A stretch of 64,000 nucleotides of DNA from Bacillota bacterium (GTDB taxonomy: Bacteria > Bacillota > Clostridia > Peptostreptococcales > Anaerovoracaceae). Location of the stretch: positions 9,629 through 73,628 of the forward strand of contig JAFSCP010000049.1 of assembly GCA_017436705.1 (NCBI GenBank), in the 5' to 3' direction. The notes beneath the pieces were generated by a model, which was not told where the DNA came from, did no database searches, and saw only the letters and a list, made by a program, of their open reading frames with translations. Position 1 is the stretch's first letter, and each line of letters begins with the position of its first letter. This document shows positions 28,103 to 37,710 of this stretch, in pieces. A program made the translations under genes and the position numbers.

Positions 28103-28729
28103 CTATTTAATCTCCAGCTCCCATTCTTCTGCCATTACCGGCGTGAGCAGGTTACGTACCGCCAGCTTTGCCTGGGTGCGTGCTTCTGAAAGCACGCCCT
28201 GAGTCTTGGCTTTGCTTTCCACTTCAACCTTCTGGTCTGCGTAGAAGGCCGCGTAGTCCTCCACGGTCAGCGGGTTGAAGATGCTCTTCTTTTCATCAAA
28301 CACCATGATTGTATCTTCATGGATTTCGTGGGAAAGAATCTTTGCAGGCGGCACAGTTACGGTCACCTTTTTCCCTGCTTCGTCCACATCAATCTTGGCA
28401 GCGTCCATATCGATTCCGCCTTTGATTGTACCCTCATATGTAATGATGAACTTGCTTGTGGTAAAAGGTACCTTCGTACCATAGAAGTCCTTGCTGCTTT
28501 CGTACTGGCCAAGTTCAGTGTAATGGTATGTAACCGTTGCCAGCTCGCTGATGGCCGAAATCTGATTCTGCACCACGATGGCCGACATTTCTTCGTGTTC
28601 AGTGCGGCTCGCTCTGGAACCGAGCAGGAAGCCGGCCCCCACCAGCAGCCCGCAGATTACAATGAGAACTATGACCAATCTCAGAAATTTAACCAGATTG
28701 ATTCTTACTTTTGCTTTTTCTCTTGCCAT
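28103..28729 (-). CDS. DUF4230 domain protein (N-terminally membrane-anchored)
   Basis: 208 aa with one TM segment, then ISAISELATVTYHYTELGQYE...ITYEGTIKGGIDM, a pattern I associate with DUF4230. Confidence 0.7.
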   Translation of the reverse strand: MAREKAKVRINLVKFLRLVIVLIVICGLLVGAGFLLGSRASRTEHEEMSAIVVQNQISAISELATVTYHYTELGQYESSKDFYGTKVPFTTSKFIITYEGTIKGGIDMDAAKIDVDEAGKKVTVTVPPAKILSHEIHEDTIMVFDEKKSIFNPLTVEDYAAFYADQKVEVESKAKTQGVLSEARTQAKLAVRNLLTPVMAEEWELEIK

Positions 28730-28730
28730 G

Positions 28731-29603
28731 TTATACCTCCTTTTTCTGGACAGTATTGATTAAAATTGCTGCGAAACAAAGTGCCCCGCCGGCAACCATG
28801 CGCCAGCTCACGCTTTCTCCGTAATATAAAACCGAAAATATAAATCCGAACACAGACTCCAGGCTCAGAATCAGGGACGCTGTAGTGTCCGCCGCATATT
28901 TCTGGCCCATGTTCTGGCCGATAAGTGCCACGAAAGTATTTAGCACTCCAAGGAAAAGTATGCCCATCATCGACTCGCCGGTAAAGGTTGTCAGGTCCGT
29001 GCCGCTTGCCAGACACACTGCGGCCGACAGAACCGCCGCCGCAACAAACTGGAAAAACGAAAGCTGAATGCTGTCCGCATCCTCTTTCATAAACACGCCT
29101 GTCAGCACAATCTGCAGTCCGAAAATCACCGCAAAACCCAGGCTCATAGCATCTCCGAAGCCCATTGCCAGACCTTCCCCGCCTTTAAGGCTGATAAGCC
29201 CGAGCCCTGCCAGCGCAATAATTCCTGCTCCGAATGCCCTAGCCTGCGGTCTCCGCCTGAGCACCATCCAGCTGAGGAAAGGCACCAGCGCCACATACGC
29301 CGTACAAAGAAATGACTGCTTGGCCGGCGTTGTGTACTGAAGGCCGATGAGCTGCACTGCCAGAGCGCACATCTGCATAACGCCGATTATACAGCCGCGT
29401 ATTGCAGTCGACCTGGGCGTGCGGACAATTCTCCTTCCGAAGAAAACCAGGCATAGCACCGACGCCATGGAAAACCTGTACATAAGCACCGCCCACGGGC
29501 TCAGTGTGGTCAGCGCCTGCTTGCCGGCCACAAAACCCCAGCCCCAGATGATTGCTACTGTTAACAATATTATGTTTGCTGTCAGTTCTTTGTTACGCGC
29601 CAT
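28731..29603 (-). CDS. DMT superfamily (EamA-like) transporter
   Basis: ~290 aa with 10 predicted TM segments in two EamA-like halves. The start is uncertain: ATG at 29603 versus the TTG at 29642, which sits next to a TATAAT box. Confidence 0.75.
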   Translation of the reverse strand: MARNKELTANIILLTVAIIWGWGFVAGKQALTTLSPWAVLMYRFSMASVLCLVFFGRRIVRTPRSTAIRGCIIGVMQMCALAVQLIGLQYTTPAKQSFLCTAYVALVPFLSWMVLRRRPQARAFGAGIIALAGLGLISLKGGEGLAMGFGDAMSLGFAVIFGLQIVLTGVFMKEDADSIQLSFFQFVAAAVLSAAVCLASGTDLTTFTGESMMGILFLGVLNTFVALIGQNMGQKYAADTTASLILSLESVFGFIFSVLYYGESVSWRMVAGGALCFAAILINTVQKKEV

Positions 29604-29912
29604 TCTTCGACACACTTCGCCTTTCTTCTTTGTTTGCCTCAATTATACCCCAAGTCTGCCAGCAACGCAATATTTGCCGTTGTTGCAGTTTTTTCTTTAA
29701 TAATTGCCAAAATGCAACAAATTCGCTTATTTTGTTGCATCCGTACACGATTCCCAGAGAAAAATGCAACCAATGCATCAAATTCAGCACTTTTTTGCAC
29801 CTTATCCAAGTAAATGTTGCATTTTCCGCTATTCCCGCAGAATTTTTACAACATCCGCCCAAGTCTCAGCTCACACTGCACGCAGGCATGAACCCTCCGC
29901 CCTGCAGTCACA

Positions 29913-29960
29913 AAAAACCAAAAAAATCACCCCCGCAAATGCGAAGGTGATTCTGTTTTT
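29913..29960 (-). terminator. Intrinsic terminator after the thiolase gene
   Basis: Minus strand reads AATCACC-ttcgcatttgcggg-GGTGATT followed by TTTTTTTggTTTTTT. Confidence 0.6.
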
Positions 29961-30041
29961 TAGTTAAGGACCACAATCGCTTCCCTACGGGAATCGATTG
30001 CGAAAGTTCGCCTTGCTAAATCAAAGATTTAGAGGCTCACT

Positions 30042-31223
30042 TTACTTTTCAACGATGAGAGCTGTACCCATACCGCCACCGATGCAAAGTGTAGCAAGAC
30101 CTAACTTAGCATCTTCTCTCTTCTGCATTTCGAAGATGAGGGAGATAAGGATTCTAGCGCCGGATGCACCGATTGGGTGACCAAGAGCGATAGCACCACC
30201 GTTTACGTTTGTCTTTTCAGGATCTAATCCTAAGTCTTTTCTTACTGCTAAGGACTGTGCTGCGAAAGCTTCGTTAGCTTCTACGAGGTCAATCTGGTCG
30301 ATTGTTAAGCCAGCCTTTGCAAGTGCCTTCTGGGAAGCAGGAGTAGGACCAACACCCATGATGGATGGATCTACACCAGCAGAAGCGTAGGACTTGATTG
30401 TGCAGAGAGGCTTGATTCCTAATTCTTCAGCCTTTTCCTTAGCCATTACAACTAAAGCAGCACCAGCATCGTTGATACCGGAAGCGTTAGCAGCAGTTAC
30501 GATACCGTCTTTCTTGAATGCAGGTTTTAACTTAGCAACCTTTTCCATAGTTGTACCGAACTTAGGGAATTCGTCTGTATCGAAGATGATAGGTTCGCCC
30601 TTTCTCTGAGGGATTTCTACTGGAACGATTTCGTCAACGAACTTGCCAGCCTTGATAGCAGCTTCTGCTCTGTTCTGGGAAATTACGGAGAATTCGTCAA
30701 GCTGTTCTCTTGTGATGCCCCACTGTTCAGCAACGTTTTCTGCTGTGATACCCATGTGGTAACCGTTGAATGCGTCCCAGAGACCGTCGTTAACCATCAT
30801 GTCGATCATCTGAGTGTTGTTCATTCTAGCGCCCCATCTTGCAGCAGGCATAGCGTATCCTGTAGCGGACATGTTTTCAGCACCACCAGCAACTACGATG
30901 TCAGCATCGCCAGCCTTGATGATCTGTGCAGCGAGTTCAACAGCTCTTAAGCCGGAACCGCAAACTTTATTGATTGTAAGTGCAGGAGTTTCGATTGGAA
31001 GACCAGCATCTAAAGTCATCTGTCTTGCAACGTTCTGGCCTAATCCACCCTGAAGTACAGCACCCATGATTACTTCGTCAACCATTTCTGGCTTGATTCC
31101 AGCTCTTTCAACAGCTGCCTTGATTGCGATTGCACCAAGCTTTCTTGTAGGAACGTCCTTTAATGTTCCGCCAAAGCTGCCCATAGGTGTTCTAGCTGCA
31201 CTTACGATTACTACTTCTCTCAT
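30042..31223 (-). CDS. Acetyl-CoA C-acetyltransferase (thiolase II)
   Basis: 393 aa from [19 protein letters not shown] (RBS AGGAGG). Motifs are the active-site Cys in [23 protein letters not shown] and CIGGGMG. Confidence 0.95.
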   Translation of the reverse strand: MREVVIVSAARTPMGSFGGTLKDVPTRKLGAIAIKAAVERAGIKPEMVDEVIMGAVLQGGLGQNVARQMTLDAGLPIETPALTINKVCGSGLRAVELAAQIIKAGDADIVVAGGAENMSATGYAMPAARWGARMNNTQMIDMMVNDGLWDAFNGYHMGITAENVAEQWGITREQLDEFSVISQNRAEAAIKAGKFVDEIVPVEIPQRKGEPIIFDTDEFPKFGTTMEKVAKLKPAFKKDGIVTAANASGINDAGAALVVMAKEKAEELGIKPLCTIKSYASAGVDPSIMGVGPTPASQKALAKAGLTIDQIDLVEANEAFAAQSLAVRKDLGLDPEKTNVNGGAIALGHPIGASGARILISLIFEMQKREDAKLGLATLCIGGGMGTALIVEK

Positions 31224-31364
31224 TTTTATGATTCCTCCTTGAAAAAGATAAATAATTAATAGTGTTATGTTATATTTTTTTACGATTAAATCATCGTGGT
31301 TTATCGCATACAAATATATATTACCAGTAAAACCGGGGAATTGCAAGGGTTCTGGTAAAGTATT

Positions 31365-32309
31365 TTATTTAACAATGGCAGAAAATTTTTCATTCATGAA
31401 ATGCGGACGATAGGAAAGTTTAGTCTGACGAAGTGTTTCCAGGCCCATGTCTTCCTCTCTGTTTACATAGATTGTTTCCTCTGGAAGACGCTTGCAGAAT
31501 TCGTTATTTATTGCCTGATACAGGCCTCTGATGCGGTCGTCAGCCTTTTCAACATGGACCAGAACCATCTCTTTGTCCGGACGGGCAAACTCGCCTATTG
31601 TCACTGCAACAATCTCTCCGCCGATTCTGATGACGCCGCAGAGAATTCCTTTGCCGATAAAGTTCAGCAGTTCATTAATGGCCACGTTCTCCATTTCCAG
31701 AATTTCTTTCCACTCTTCCGGAGTTTCGCCCATCTTGTACTCGTTCTTGCTCTGGATGTACTCCCAGATTTCATCTTTCATGTCAGGAGTGGCTTCCTCG
31801 TACACATACTGGTAATTACGCAGGAAAAAATTCAGATGGTTCTTTTTCTGGTGGTACCGGCGGCCGCTGAGACTGATAAGGTCCTCTTTGAGGTAGATAT
31901 AGTCATCATCGTCTCTGCAGCGTTCCAGTTCATAACCGTCCTCGCCCAGAGCTGCTGCAAGCAGAGGAAGCATCTGTCCCGGAATCAGGCTGATTTCAAG
32001 GGTCTGGTTTCTTTCTGCAAAGATTCTCTTAGCCTCCATGATTGTCCGGCGGAGCTTGTCCGCCTCATATGTGCCCGTGCGCGTCAGCGGAAAGGACATG
32101 AAATACACCTGCTCATCCTCCATATCTCCCCGGCCTGCCAGGCAGAGATATTCACCTATGATCTGCCAGCTGAGGTGGTGAGTATTACGCCATATATAGC
32201 TGGCCAGAAAAGTGTGAGCCGATGACTGGTAGTTATATCCGCAAAAATATTCATTGAGCAATGCCACATCTTCGCTAGTCAGATTGTCAAAACTTCTTTC
32301 AAAAATCAT
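31365..32309 (-). CDS. DUF2156 domain protein (GNAT-fold, related to the C-terminal domain of lysyl-phosphatidylglycerol synthase)
   Basis: 314 aa. HTFLASYIWRNTHHLSWQIIGEYLCL and the overall length match DUF2156 as I recall it. Confidence 0.7.
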   Translation of the reverse strand: MIFERSFDNLTSEDVALLNEYFCGYNYQSSAHTFLASYIWRNTHHLSWQIIGEYLCLAGRGDMEDEQVYFMSFPLTRTGTYEADKLRRTIMEAKRIFAERNQTLEISLIPGQMLPLLAAALGEDGYELERCRDDDDYIYLKEDLISLSGRRYHQKKNHLNFFLRNYQYVYEEATPDMKDEIWEYIQSKNEYKMGETPEEWKEILEMENVAINELLNFIGKGILCGVIRIGGEIVAVTIGEFARPDKEMVLVHVEKADDRIRGLYQAINNEFCKRLPEETIYVNREEDMGLETLRQTKLSYRPHFMNEKFSAIVK

Positions 32310-32312
32310 TTT

Positions 32313-33041
32313 TTAATCTAAATCCATTACCTTTCCGATTGAATCGTGAATTACCAGGTCCGCCTGGGAATCGTAAGGCGTAACCTGCTTGTTTATCAGC
32401 ACTAAATTATTACCACTGAAATAGCGTATTAAACCGGCTGCAGGGTAAACTACCAGTGATGTTCCGCCGATAATAAGAGTGTCTGCTTCCTGGATTGCAC
32501 GGATTGCACCCATCATGCAGGCATCATCAAGAGCCTCTTCATAAAGCACCACGTCAGGTTTTACCACGCCGCCGCATTTGCTGCACTTAGGAATGCCCTT
32601 TTCGCAGTGGGACTCGTCCATGATGTAGTCAAGGTCGTGGAACTGTCCGCACTTGGTACAGTAATTTCTCAGCACACTGCCGTGGAGCTCAAAAACATTT
32701 TTGCTGCCGGCCTTCTGGTGGAGCCCGTCAATATTCTGGGTGATGACAGCCTTCAGCTTGCCGCTCGCTTCCAGTGCCGCCAGCGCTTTGTGGGCACGGT
32801 TGGGCTCGGCCTCAGTGTAAATCAGGTTATTTTTATAATAGTCATAAAATGTCTCCATATGACGCACGAAGAAGGTATGTGAAAGCATTTCCTCAGGGCT
32901 TCTGCCATACTTCTGCTGAGCATTGTAAAGACCGCTTTCGGAGCGGAAGTCAGGTATGTTGCTTTCGGTGGAAACTCCTGCGCCGCCGAAGAATACTATA
33001 TTATTACTGTTATCAATTATTTCTTTAAGTCTAGGATCCAT
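32313..33041 (-). CDS. cobB: NAD-dependent protein deacylase (Sir2 family)
   Basis: FFGGAGVSTESNIPDFRS, QNIDGLH and Zn-ribbon Cys pairs (CTKCG...CSKCGG). The start MDPRLKE follows GGGAGG. Confidence 0.9.
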   Translation of the reverse strand: MDPRLKEIIDNSNNIVFFGGAGVSTESNIPDFRSESGLYNAQQKYGRSPEEMLSHTFFVRHMETFYDYYKNNLIYTEAEPNRAHKALAALEASGKLKAVITQNIDGLHQKAGSKNVFELHGSVLRNYCTKCGQFHDLDYIMDESHCEKGIPKCSKCGGVVKPDVVLYEEALDDACMMGAIRAIQEADTLIIGGTSLVVYPAAGLIRYFSGNNLVLINKQVTPYDSQADLVIHDSIGKVMDLD

Positions 33042-33121
33042 TATTGTACCTCCCGGCATTTTTCTTGCCTATAGTATACCACCTGTGGTACAATTTTGGT
33101 AGAAGATTTGGGGGTAAAAAC

Positions 33122-34288
33122 ATGAAAAAAGTACAGACTGAAAAAACTGCCCTGGTTCTTTCCGGTGGCGGCAGCCGCGGTGCATACGAAGCCGGCGCCT
33201 GCCAGGCCCTTTCTGAACTGGGCATCGACATCGACATTATAACAGGTACTTCCGTGGGGGCAATCAACGCGGCCATGGTGACCCAGGGAGAGCTGGAGCT
33301 GGCCACCAGACTGTGGAAAGAAATGGAGACCCACATGGTCTTTGACGTGCCGGAAGGCAGCCAGCCTTTTGATTATGCGCGCGAAATAGTTTTTAATCAG
33401 GGTGCCGGAACCTCCGGGCTGAAGGCGCTCATGGACAAATACATCGACGAATCCAAAATCCGTTCGTCAGAAATCGACATGGGCATAACAGCTGTTTCCC
33501 TGCCCGATTTCAAGCCACACTTCCTTTTCATGGAAGATATTCCTGAAGGCAAGGTCATCGACTACATCATGGCCAGCGCCTCTGCCTTTCCTGCAATTCA
33601 CAGCTATCCAATTGACGGTGTTGACTTCATCGACGGCGGATACGCAGATGCCATTCCCGTTGACATGGCAGTAAAGCGCGGCGCCACCCGCGTTATCGCA
33701 GTCAACCTGCGCGGCTACGGCAAAACCAATCAGGAGGCCATAAAAAATGCCCCGGACATGACGTGGATTGAGTCTCCGTGGGACCTGGGTTTCCAGTTTG
33801 TTTTTGACCTGGACAACACGCGCCTGCTCCTCCGTCTCGGTTATCTGGACACCATGAAAGCCTTCGGCGTGCTGGACGGCGGCTACTATACTTTTGTGCG
33901 CTGCACTTTCGACAAAAATACCATGAAAATGGCCGATGCATGCGCCAAAGTTTTCGACCTGGACCCATGTATCATCTACACCCGCGATGTGTTCATGGAA
34001 AAACTCCGCAAACGCCTTGCGGAGTCCCAGAGCGATGCTGAAGAAGCACTGAAGCGTTACAAAACCGCATCTTTCAAACCTCGTGATCTGGCTGCACTCC
34101 GGGCTGACATTAACCAGCTCCGCACCGATGTAAAAAATGTAATCAGCGATAACATCCTGGCCTTCATCGTGGCCTACAGTTTAAAAGAAAAAGGCGACCG
34201 CAGCTTTTTCCAGAGCCGGACAGTCCAGAAGCTTATTCCTGAACCGGTACTTGCAGCAAAATTCCTTGTGAAGTACAACCTCATATAA
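33122..34288 (+). CDS. Patatin-like phospholipase
   Basis: LSGGGSRGAYEAG (oxyanion hole), GTSVGA (GxSxG) and DGGYAD (catalytic Asp). The ATG at 33122 gives MKKVQTEK. Confidence 0.85.
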   Translation: MKKVQTEKTALVLSGGGSRGAYEAGACQALSELGIDIDIITGTSVGAINAAMVTQGELELATRLWKEMETHMVFDVPEGSQPFDYAREIVFNQGAGTSGLKALMDKYIDESKIRSSEIDMGITAVSLPDFKPHFLFMEDIPEGKVIDYIMASASAFPAIHSYPIDGVDFIDGGYADAIPVDMAVKRGATRVIAVNLRGYGKTNQEAIKNAPDMTWIESPWDLGFQFVFDLDNTRLLLRLGYLDTMKAFGVLDGGYYTFVRCTFDKNTMKMADACAKVFDLDPCIIYTRDVFMEKLRKRLAESQSDAEEALKRYKTASFKPRDLAALRADINQLRTDVKNVISDNILAFIVAYSLKEKGDRSFFQSRTVQKLIPEPVLAAKFLVKYNLI

Positions 34289-34291
34289 AAA

Positions 34292-35695
34292 TTATTCTCT
34301 GCCGCGAGCGCGGATTACCAGAGCTGCCAGTTCAAGGCGGCTGTGGACATCCAGTTTGCGGTAGATATTTTTTGTGTGGTCATTTACAGTATGCGGTGAA
34401 ATGACAAGAATTTTGGCGATGTCTGCGTTACTGTAGCCGGAACCGATAAGGTCTACCACTTCCAGCTCACGTTTTGAGAGAACAGCCAGCGGTGAAGTTT
34501 CAGCAGGTTCAGCAGCAGGAGCTTCTTTTCCGGATGCTGTTTCTTCAGTAATTCTTCTGTGGAAAGCATACATCAGATAAGGTTCAATCTGCAGATAGAA
34601 GATGACCAGCGCCGCCATAATAATTCCGTAAGCAAGGTTAAGGAACGAAGCCGCGCCGCGGAACAGCTCAACCATGGAGCTTTGTACCAGAACCGCCACA
34701 AGGGACAGACCGATAATAATCGGCGGAATGAAACGGGACGGATAGTTTTTCATCAGAATGTTGCCATAGAGCGGCAGCATCTGACACGAAACCATACCGA
34801 TGCCGATAAATACGCATCCCGCGTATGACAGTGACGGAGCATAGGACGATGCATATATAAGAAGGTAGCCCAGACATCCTATACCCATGCAGAAAGAAAT
34901 CAGACGGAAAGGATGAAACCCGAATTCCCTGTACAGCAGATAAATCAGCAGACTGACTATTGCATCAGTCAGATAAGTAATGAATACTCCATGATTCACG
35001 CCGCCGGAGACAGACGGCCCTGAAACTCCCATAAGAGCACATACAAATACGATGATGTAAGTGCCTGTGAGGAGTTTTTTTGGTGCAGTAAGCTTGTCAG
35101 CCTTCGTTACATATCGCGGGCAGGCCTCCTTGCCGGAAGGCAGCCTGAAAAAGAAGACCAGCATCAGAATCAGCGCAATCACCGTAATTACCCTGAACTG
35201 CGGGAAGGTAATCAGCGAAAAATCATTCTGCACGACAGAAATAAGAAAAAGCGCCGCACTGTAGGCCAGGGTCAGGTGGAGTATGGTAGTTTTTTCAGTA
35301 AAAAGGTTTGCCATTATAAAAGTCTCGAAACCAATCATGAAACAGCAGCTGAATAAATGAATGTGAATCAGCAGCAGAAGCACATCTGCGGAAAGAGGCA
35401 GGAAAAGTCCCATCATGGTAAGCAGTGCCACGACAGCGGAAATCCTTTCGGCCCAGACCGTCAGATGAGGAAGGAACACCATCCAGACGATGGAGCAGAC
35501 ATAGGCGGCTGCAATAAACATGGTCGCATTATCCATGTCGATAGGCATCGGGGTGCGGCCGTCAATGGTCAGAGCCGGCCCCATAAAATATATAAAACCC
35601 ATCTGCCATAAGTTGAACATGGCGAAGCACACCAGCATCCAGAGCGGCTGATTTAATCTTTTCTTTTGATTTTCTAACAGTATTGAAAAACTCAT
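34292..35695 (-). CDS. Membrane-embedded LuxR-family transcriptional regulator (multi-TM N-terminal domain plus C-terminal GerE/LuxR HTH)
   Basis: 467 aa with ~10-12 hydrophobic helices. The C-terminus reads LSKRELEVVDLIGSGYSNADIAKILVISPHTVNDHTKNIYRKLDV. Confidence 0.8.
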   Translation of the reverse strand: MSFSILLENQKKRLNQPLWMLVCFAMFNLWQMGFIYFMGPALTIDGRTPMPIDMDNATMFIAAAYVCSIVWMVFLPHLTVWAERISAVVALLTMMGLFLPLSADVLLLLIHIHLFSCCFMIGFETFIMANLFTEKTTILHLTLAYSAALFLISVVQNDFSLITFPQFRVITVIALILMLVFFFRLPSGKEACPRYVTKADKLTAPKKLLTGTYIIVFVCALMGVSGPSVSGGVNHGVFITYLTDAIVSLLIYLLYREFGFHPFRLISFCMGIGCLGYLLIYASSYAPSLSYAGCVFIGIGMVSCQMLPLYGNILMKNYPSRFIPPIIIGLSLVAVLVQSSMVELFRGAASFLNLAYGIIMAALVIFYLQIEPYLMYAFHRRITEETASGKEAPAAEPAETSPLAVLSKRELEVVDLIGSGYSNADIAKILVISPHTVNDHTKNIYRKLDVHSRLELAALVIRARGRE

Positions 35696-35877
35696 AAAAC
35701 CACCTCATAATTCACGAAAATCCCCCAGATATGGGTAGTAAAACTGAAAAATCCCCTGAACAAGGGATATCCCTCACACTCTTTTTTATGTATCATTATC
35801 GCAATAAAGCGCGAAAGTGTATAAGGTTAATTCAATTATAAAATAAATAAAAAGCCTTTTCAACGAAAAAAGCGATA

Positions 35878-35904
35878 ACTACCCATTTGGGTAGTAAAAC
35901 TACC
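35878..35904. promoter_or_regulatory. Palindromic box ACTACCCA-tt-TGGGTAGT-aaa-ACTACC, a candidate LuxR-type operator
   Basis: Perfect 8-bp inverted repeat with a 2-nt spacer, plus a third half-site. The 14-mer TGGGTAGTAAAACT recurs exactly at 35732-35745. Confidence 0.45.
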
Positions 35905-35919
35905 AAGGGAGGTGTGAAA

Positions 35920-36192
35920 ATGGATAAGCAAAACAAGCCGGGCTTTCTTGATTTTGTTAAGCTGGCAAAGCAGGAATATCAGAATGCTCTGCATGTGCAT
36001 CCTGAATTAGTGGAACTGTCCCCCAGAGAAAGAGAAGTGTTCACCCTGCTGCTGACAGACATGACTCTGTCGGAGATTGCTGATGAACTGTATATATCTT
36101 ATTCATCGGTGCACTTCCACTGCAAGAATGTTTACCGCAAACTGCAGCTTTCCAGCCGGAAGCAGCTTCTGATTAAGTATAAAGACATGTAA
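35920..36192 (+). CDS. Small LuxR/GerE-type HTH protein (no sensor domain)
   Basis: 90 aa from MDKQNKPGF (RBS GGGAGG). LSPREREVFTLLLTDMTLSEIADELYISYSSVHFHCKNVYRKLQL. Confidence 0.75.
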   Translation: MDKQNKPGFLDFVKLAKQEYQNALHVHPELVELSPREREVFTLLLTDMTLSEIADELYISYSSVHFHCKNVYRKLQLSSRKQLLIKYKDM

Positions 36193-36204
36193 AGGAGGTT
36201 TAAA

Positions 36205-37665
36205 ATGGGCAGATATAAAAATTTGATTCTTTTGCATTCCAACGATATGCATGGTGATTTTACCGCTGAAACGGTGGATGACAAACTGGTAGGCGGAGTG
36301 AGTATGCTGTCAGGATATGTTGATAAAGTCCGCCGGGAAGAAAAAAATGCGCTGTACTGCATAGCAGGCGATATGTTCAGAGGCTCGGTAATCGATTCAG
36401 AATTCAAGGGCGTGAGCACTATCGAAATTATGAACGCAATTGCTCCCGATGTGGTAACTCTTGGAAACCATGAAACCGACTACGGCGTGGCGCACCTTCT
36501 TTTCCTCGAAAAATGTGCAAAGTTCCCGATTATAAACGCCAACCTCTACATAAAATCCAATTCGGCCAGACTGTTCAATTCACACATAATACTGGAAATT
36601 GACGGAATGAAAATACTTTTTATAGGTGTGCTGACTGAAGAAGTAATGGCCCAGACAAGAATGGAAGATGTGATAGGTTCCTTCGTCGATATCCACGATG
36701 CGGCTAAAGAAGTAGGCAGAATCTGCAACGCATACCACGCAACCGACATAGACTTTACCGTTCTTCTTACACACATCGGTTTTGAAGAAGACAAGAGGCT
36801 GGCTGCCGAACTTGACCCGGCATGGGGCGTAGATGTAATTATCGGCGGACATTCACATACATTCATTGAAAAACCTGAAATTGTAAACAACATTGCAATT
36901 GTCCAGGCCGGTACAGGGACTGACCAGATCGGCAGATTCGATATAGTAATCGATACCTACGAAAACAACATCGAAAGCTTTCAGTGGCAGGCAGTTCCAA
37001 TAAACAAGGAAAATTGCCCGCAGGATGCGGATATATTAAGAGTGCTGAACCAGTACAAAGAACAGACCGACCTGAAGTACGGCAGGACCGTTACACGCTT
37101 CAAACGCCAGCTTACCCACCCTGCCAGAAACATGGAAACCGAGCTCGGAGGACTTTTTTCAGATATAATCAGGGAAAGCATGGCAATCGATATCATGTTC
37201 ATGGGTTCCGGAAGCATAAGATGCGGACTTGGGCCGCTGGTAACTTATCAGGACTTTGTGGAATGCTTCCCGTTTGATGATTCTCTCCATATGCTCACAG
37301 TAACGGGCGACCAGCTGAAGCGGATGCTTACTTTCATGCTCCGTGATGAAGCCTGGGAGGGCGACCATACAGAGTTTTATCAGCTTTCAAAGGGAATGAA
37401 AGTGGTCTATGACAAGGCGAAAAGAGAAATTCTCGAATTTACTTATGAAGACAGTCCAATAACTCCGGAACAGCTTTTCAGAATAGGGCTGCAGGAGTAT
37501 CATTTCCTCAATTTCAAAGATTTCTTTGGTGTGGATTATGAAGAAGTGGAACAGAACAAAAAACCTGTTACTCTCGCCACATCAGTCAGAGATATTATCG
37601 AAGAATACCTGACAATGCATCAGCATCTTGACCGTGAAATTGATGGAAGACTTACTTTGATTTAA
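36205..37665 (+). CDS. Bifunctional metallophosphatase/5'-nucleotidase (UshA-like), with no signal peptide
   Basis: ILLHSNDMHGDF, GDMFRGS, GNHETDYG and GGHSHT metallophosphoesterase motifs, plus a 5'-nucleotidase C-terminal domain. Confidence 0.85.
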   Translation: MGRYKNLILLHSNDMHGDFTAETVDDKLVGGVSMLSGYVDKVRREEKNALYCIAGDMFRGSVIDSEFKGVSTIEIMNAIAPDVVTLGNHETDYGVAHLLFLEKCAKFPIINANLYIKSNSARLFNSHIILEIDGMKILFIGVLTEEVMAQTRMEDVIGSFVDIHDAAKEVGRICNAYHATDIDFTVLLTHIGFEEDKRLAAELDPAWGVDVIIGGHSHTFIEKPEIVNNIAIVQAGTGTDQIGRFDIVIDTYENNIESFQWQAVPINKENCPQDADILRVLNQYKEQTDLKYGRTVTRFKRQLTHPARNMETELGGLFSDIIRESMAIDIMFMGSGSIRCGLGPLVTYQDFVECFPFDDSLHMLTVTGDQLKRMLTFMLRDEAWEGDHTEFYQLSKGMKVVYDKAKREILEFTYEDSPITPEQLFRIGLQEYHFLNFKDFFGVDYEEVEQNKKPVTLATSVRDIIEEYLTMHQHLDREIDGRLTLI

Positions 37666-37710
37666 TGGAAATAAACGACAATTAATAGTGGACAATGAAA
37701 GGAGAAGGTT

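Noticed and set aside
29593-29967. Small ORFs (87-132 aa, both strands) in the gap between the DMT transporter and the thiolase
   Set aside because: They overlap each other in several frames, lack RBSs, and give Cys/His/Gln-rich low-plausibility peptides. The region is better explained as regulatory DNA with repeated TGCAAC motifs plus a terminator.
30042-31346. N-terminal extensions suggested by the longest-ORF calls, such as thiolase from 31346, patatin from 33044, hydC from 20056, fadD-like from 26240, the flavodoxin fusion from 53793 and C45-2 from 59792
   Set aside because: In each case an internal ATG is preceded by an AGGAGG-type RBS at 6-10 nt and gives the canonical family N-terminus. 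The upstream extension runs through promoter or terminator sequence or through a neighbouring gene.
31224-31364. Rex-type operator (TTGTGAA-N6-TTCACAA-like) upstream of the thiolase and hydrogenase operons
   Set aside because: I looked for it because Rex commonly controls these genes in Clostridia. I found no sequence close to the consensus in either leader.
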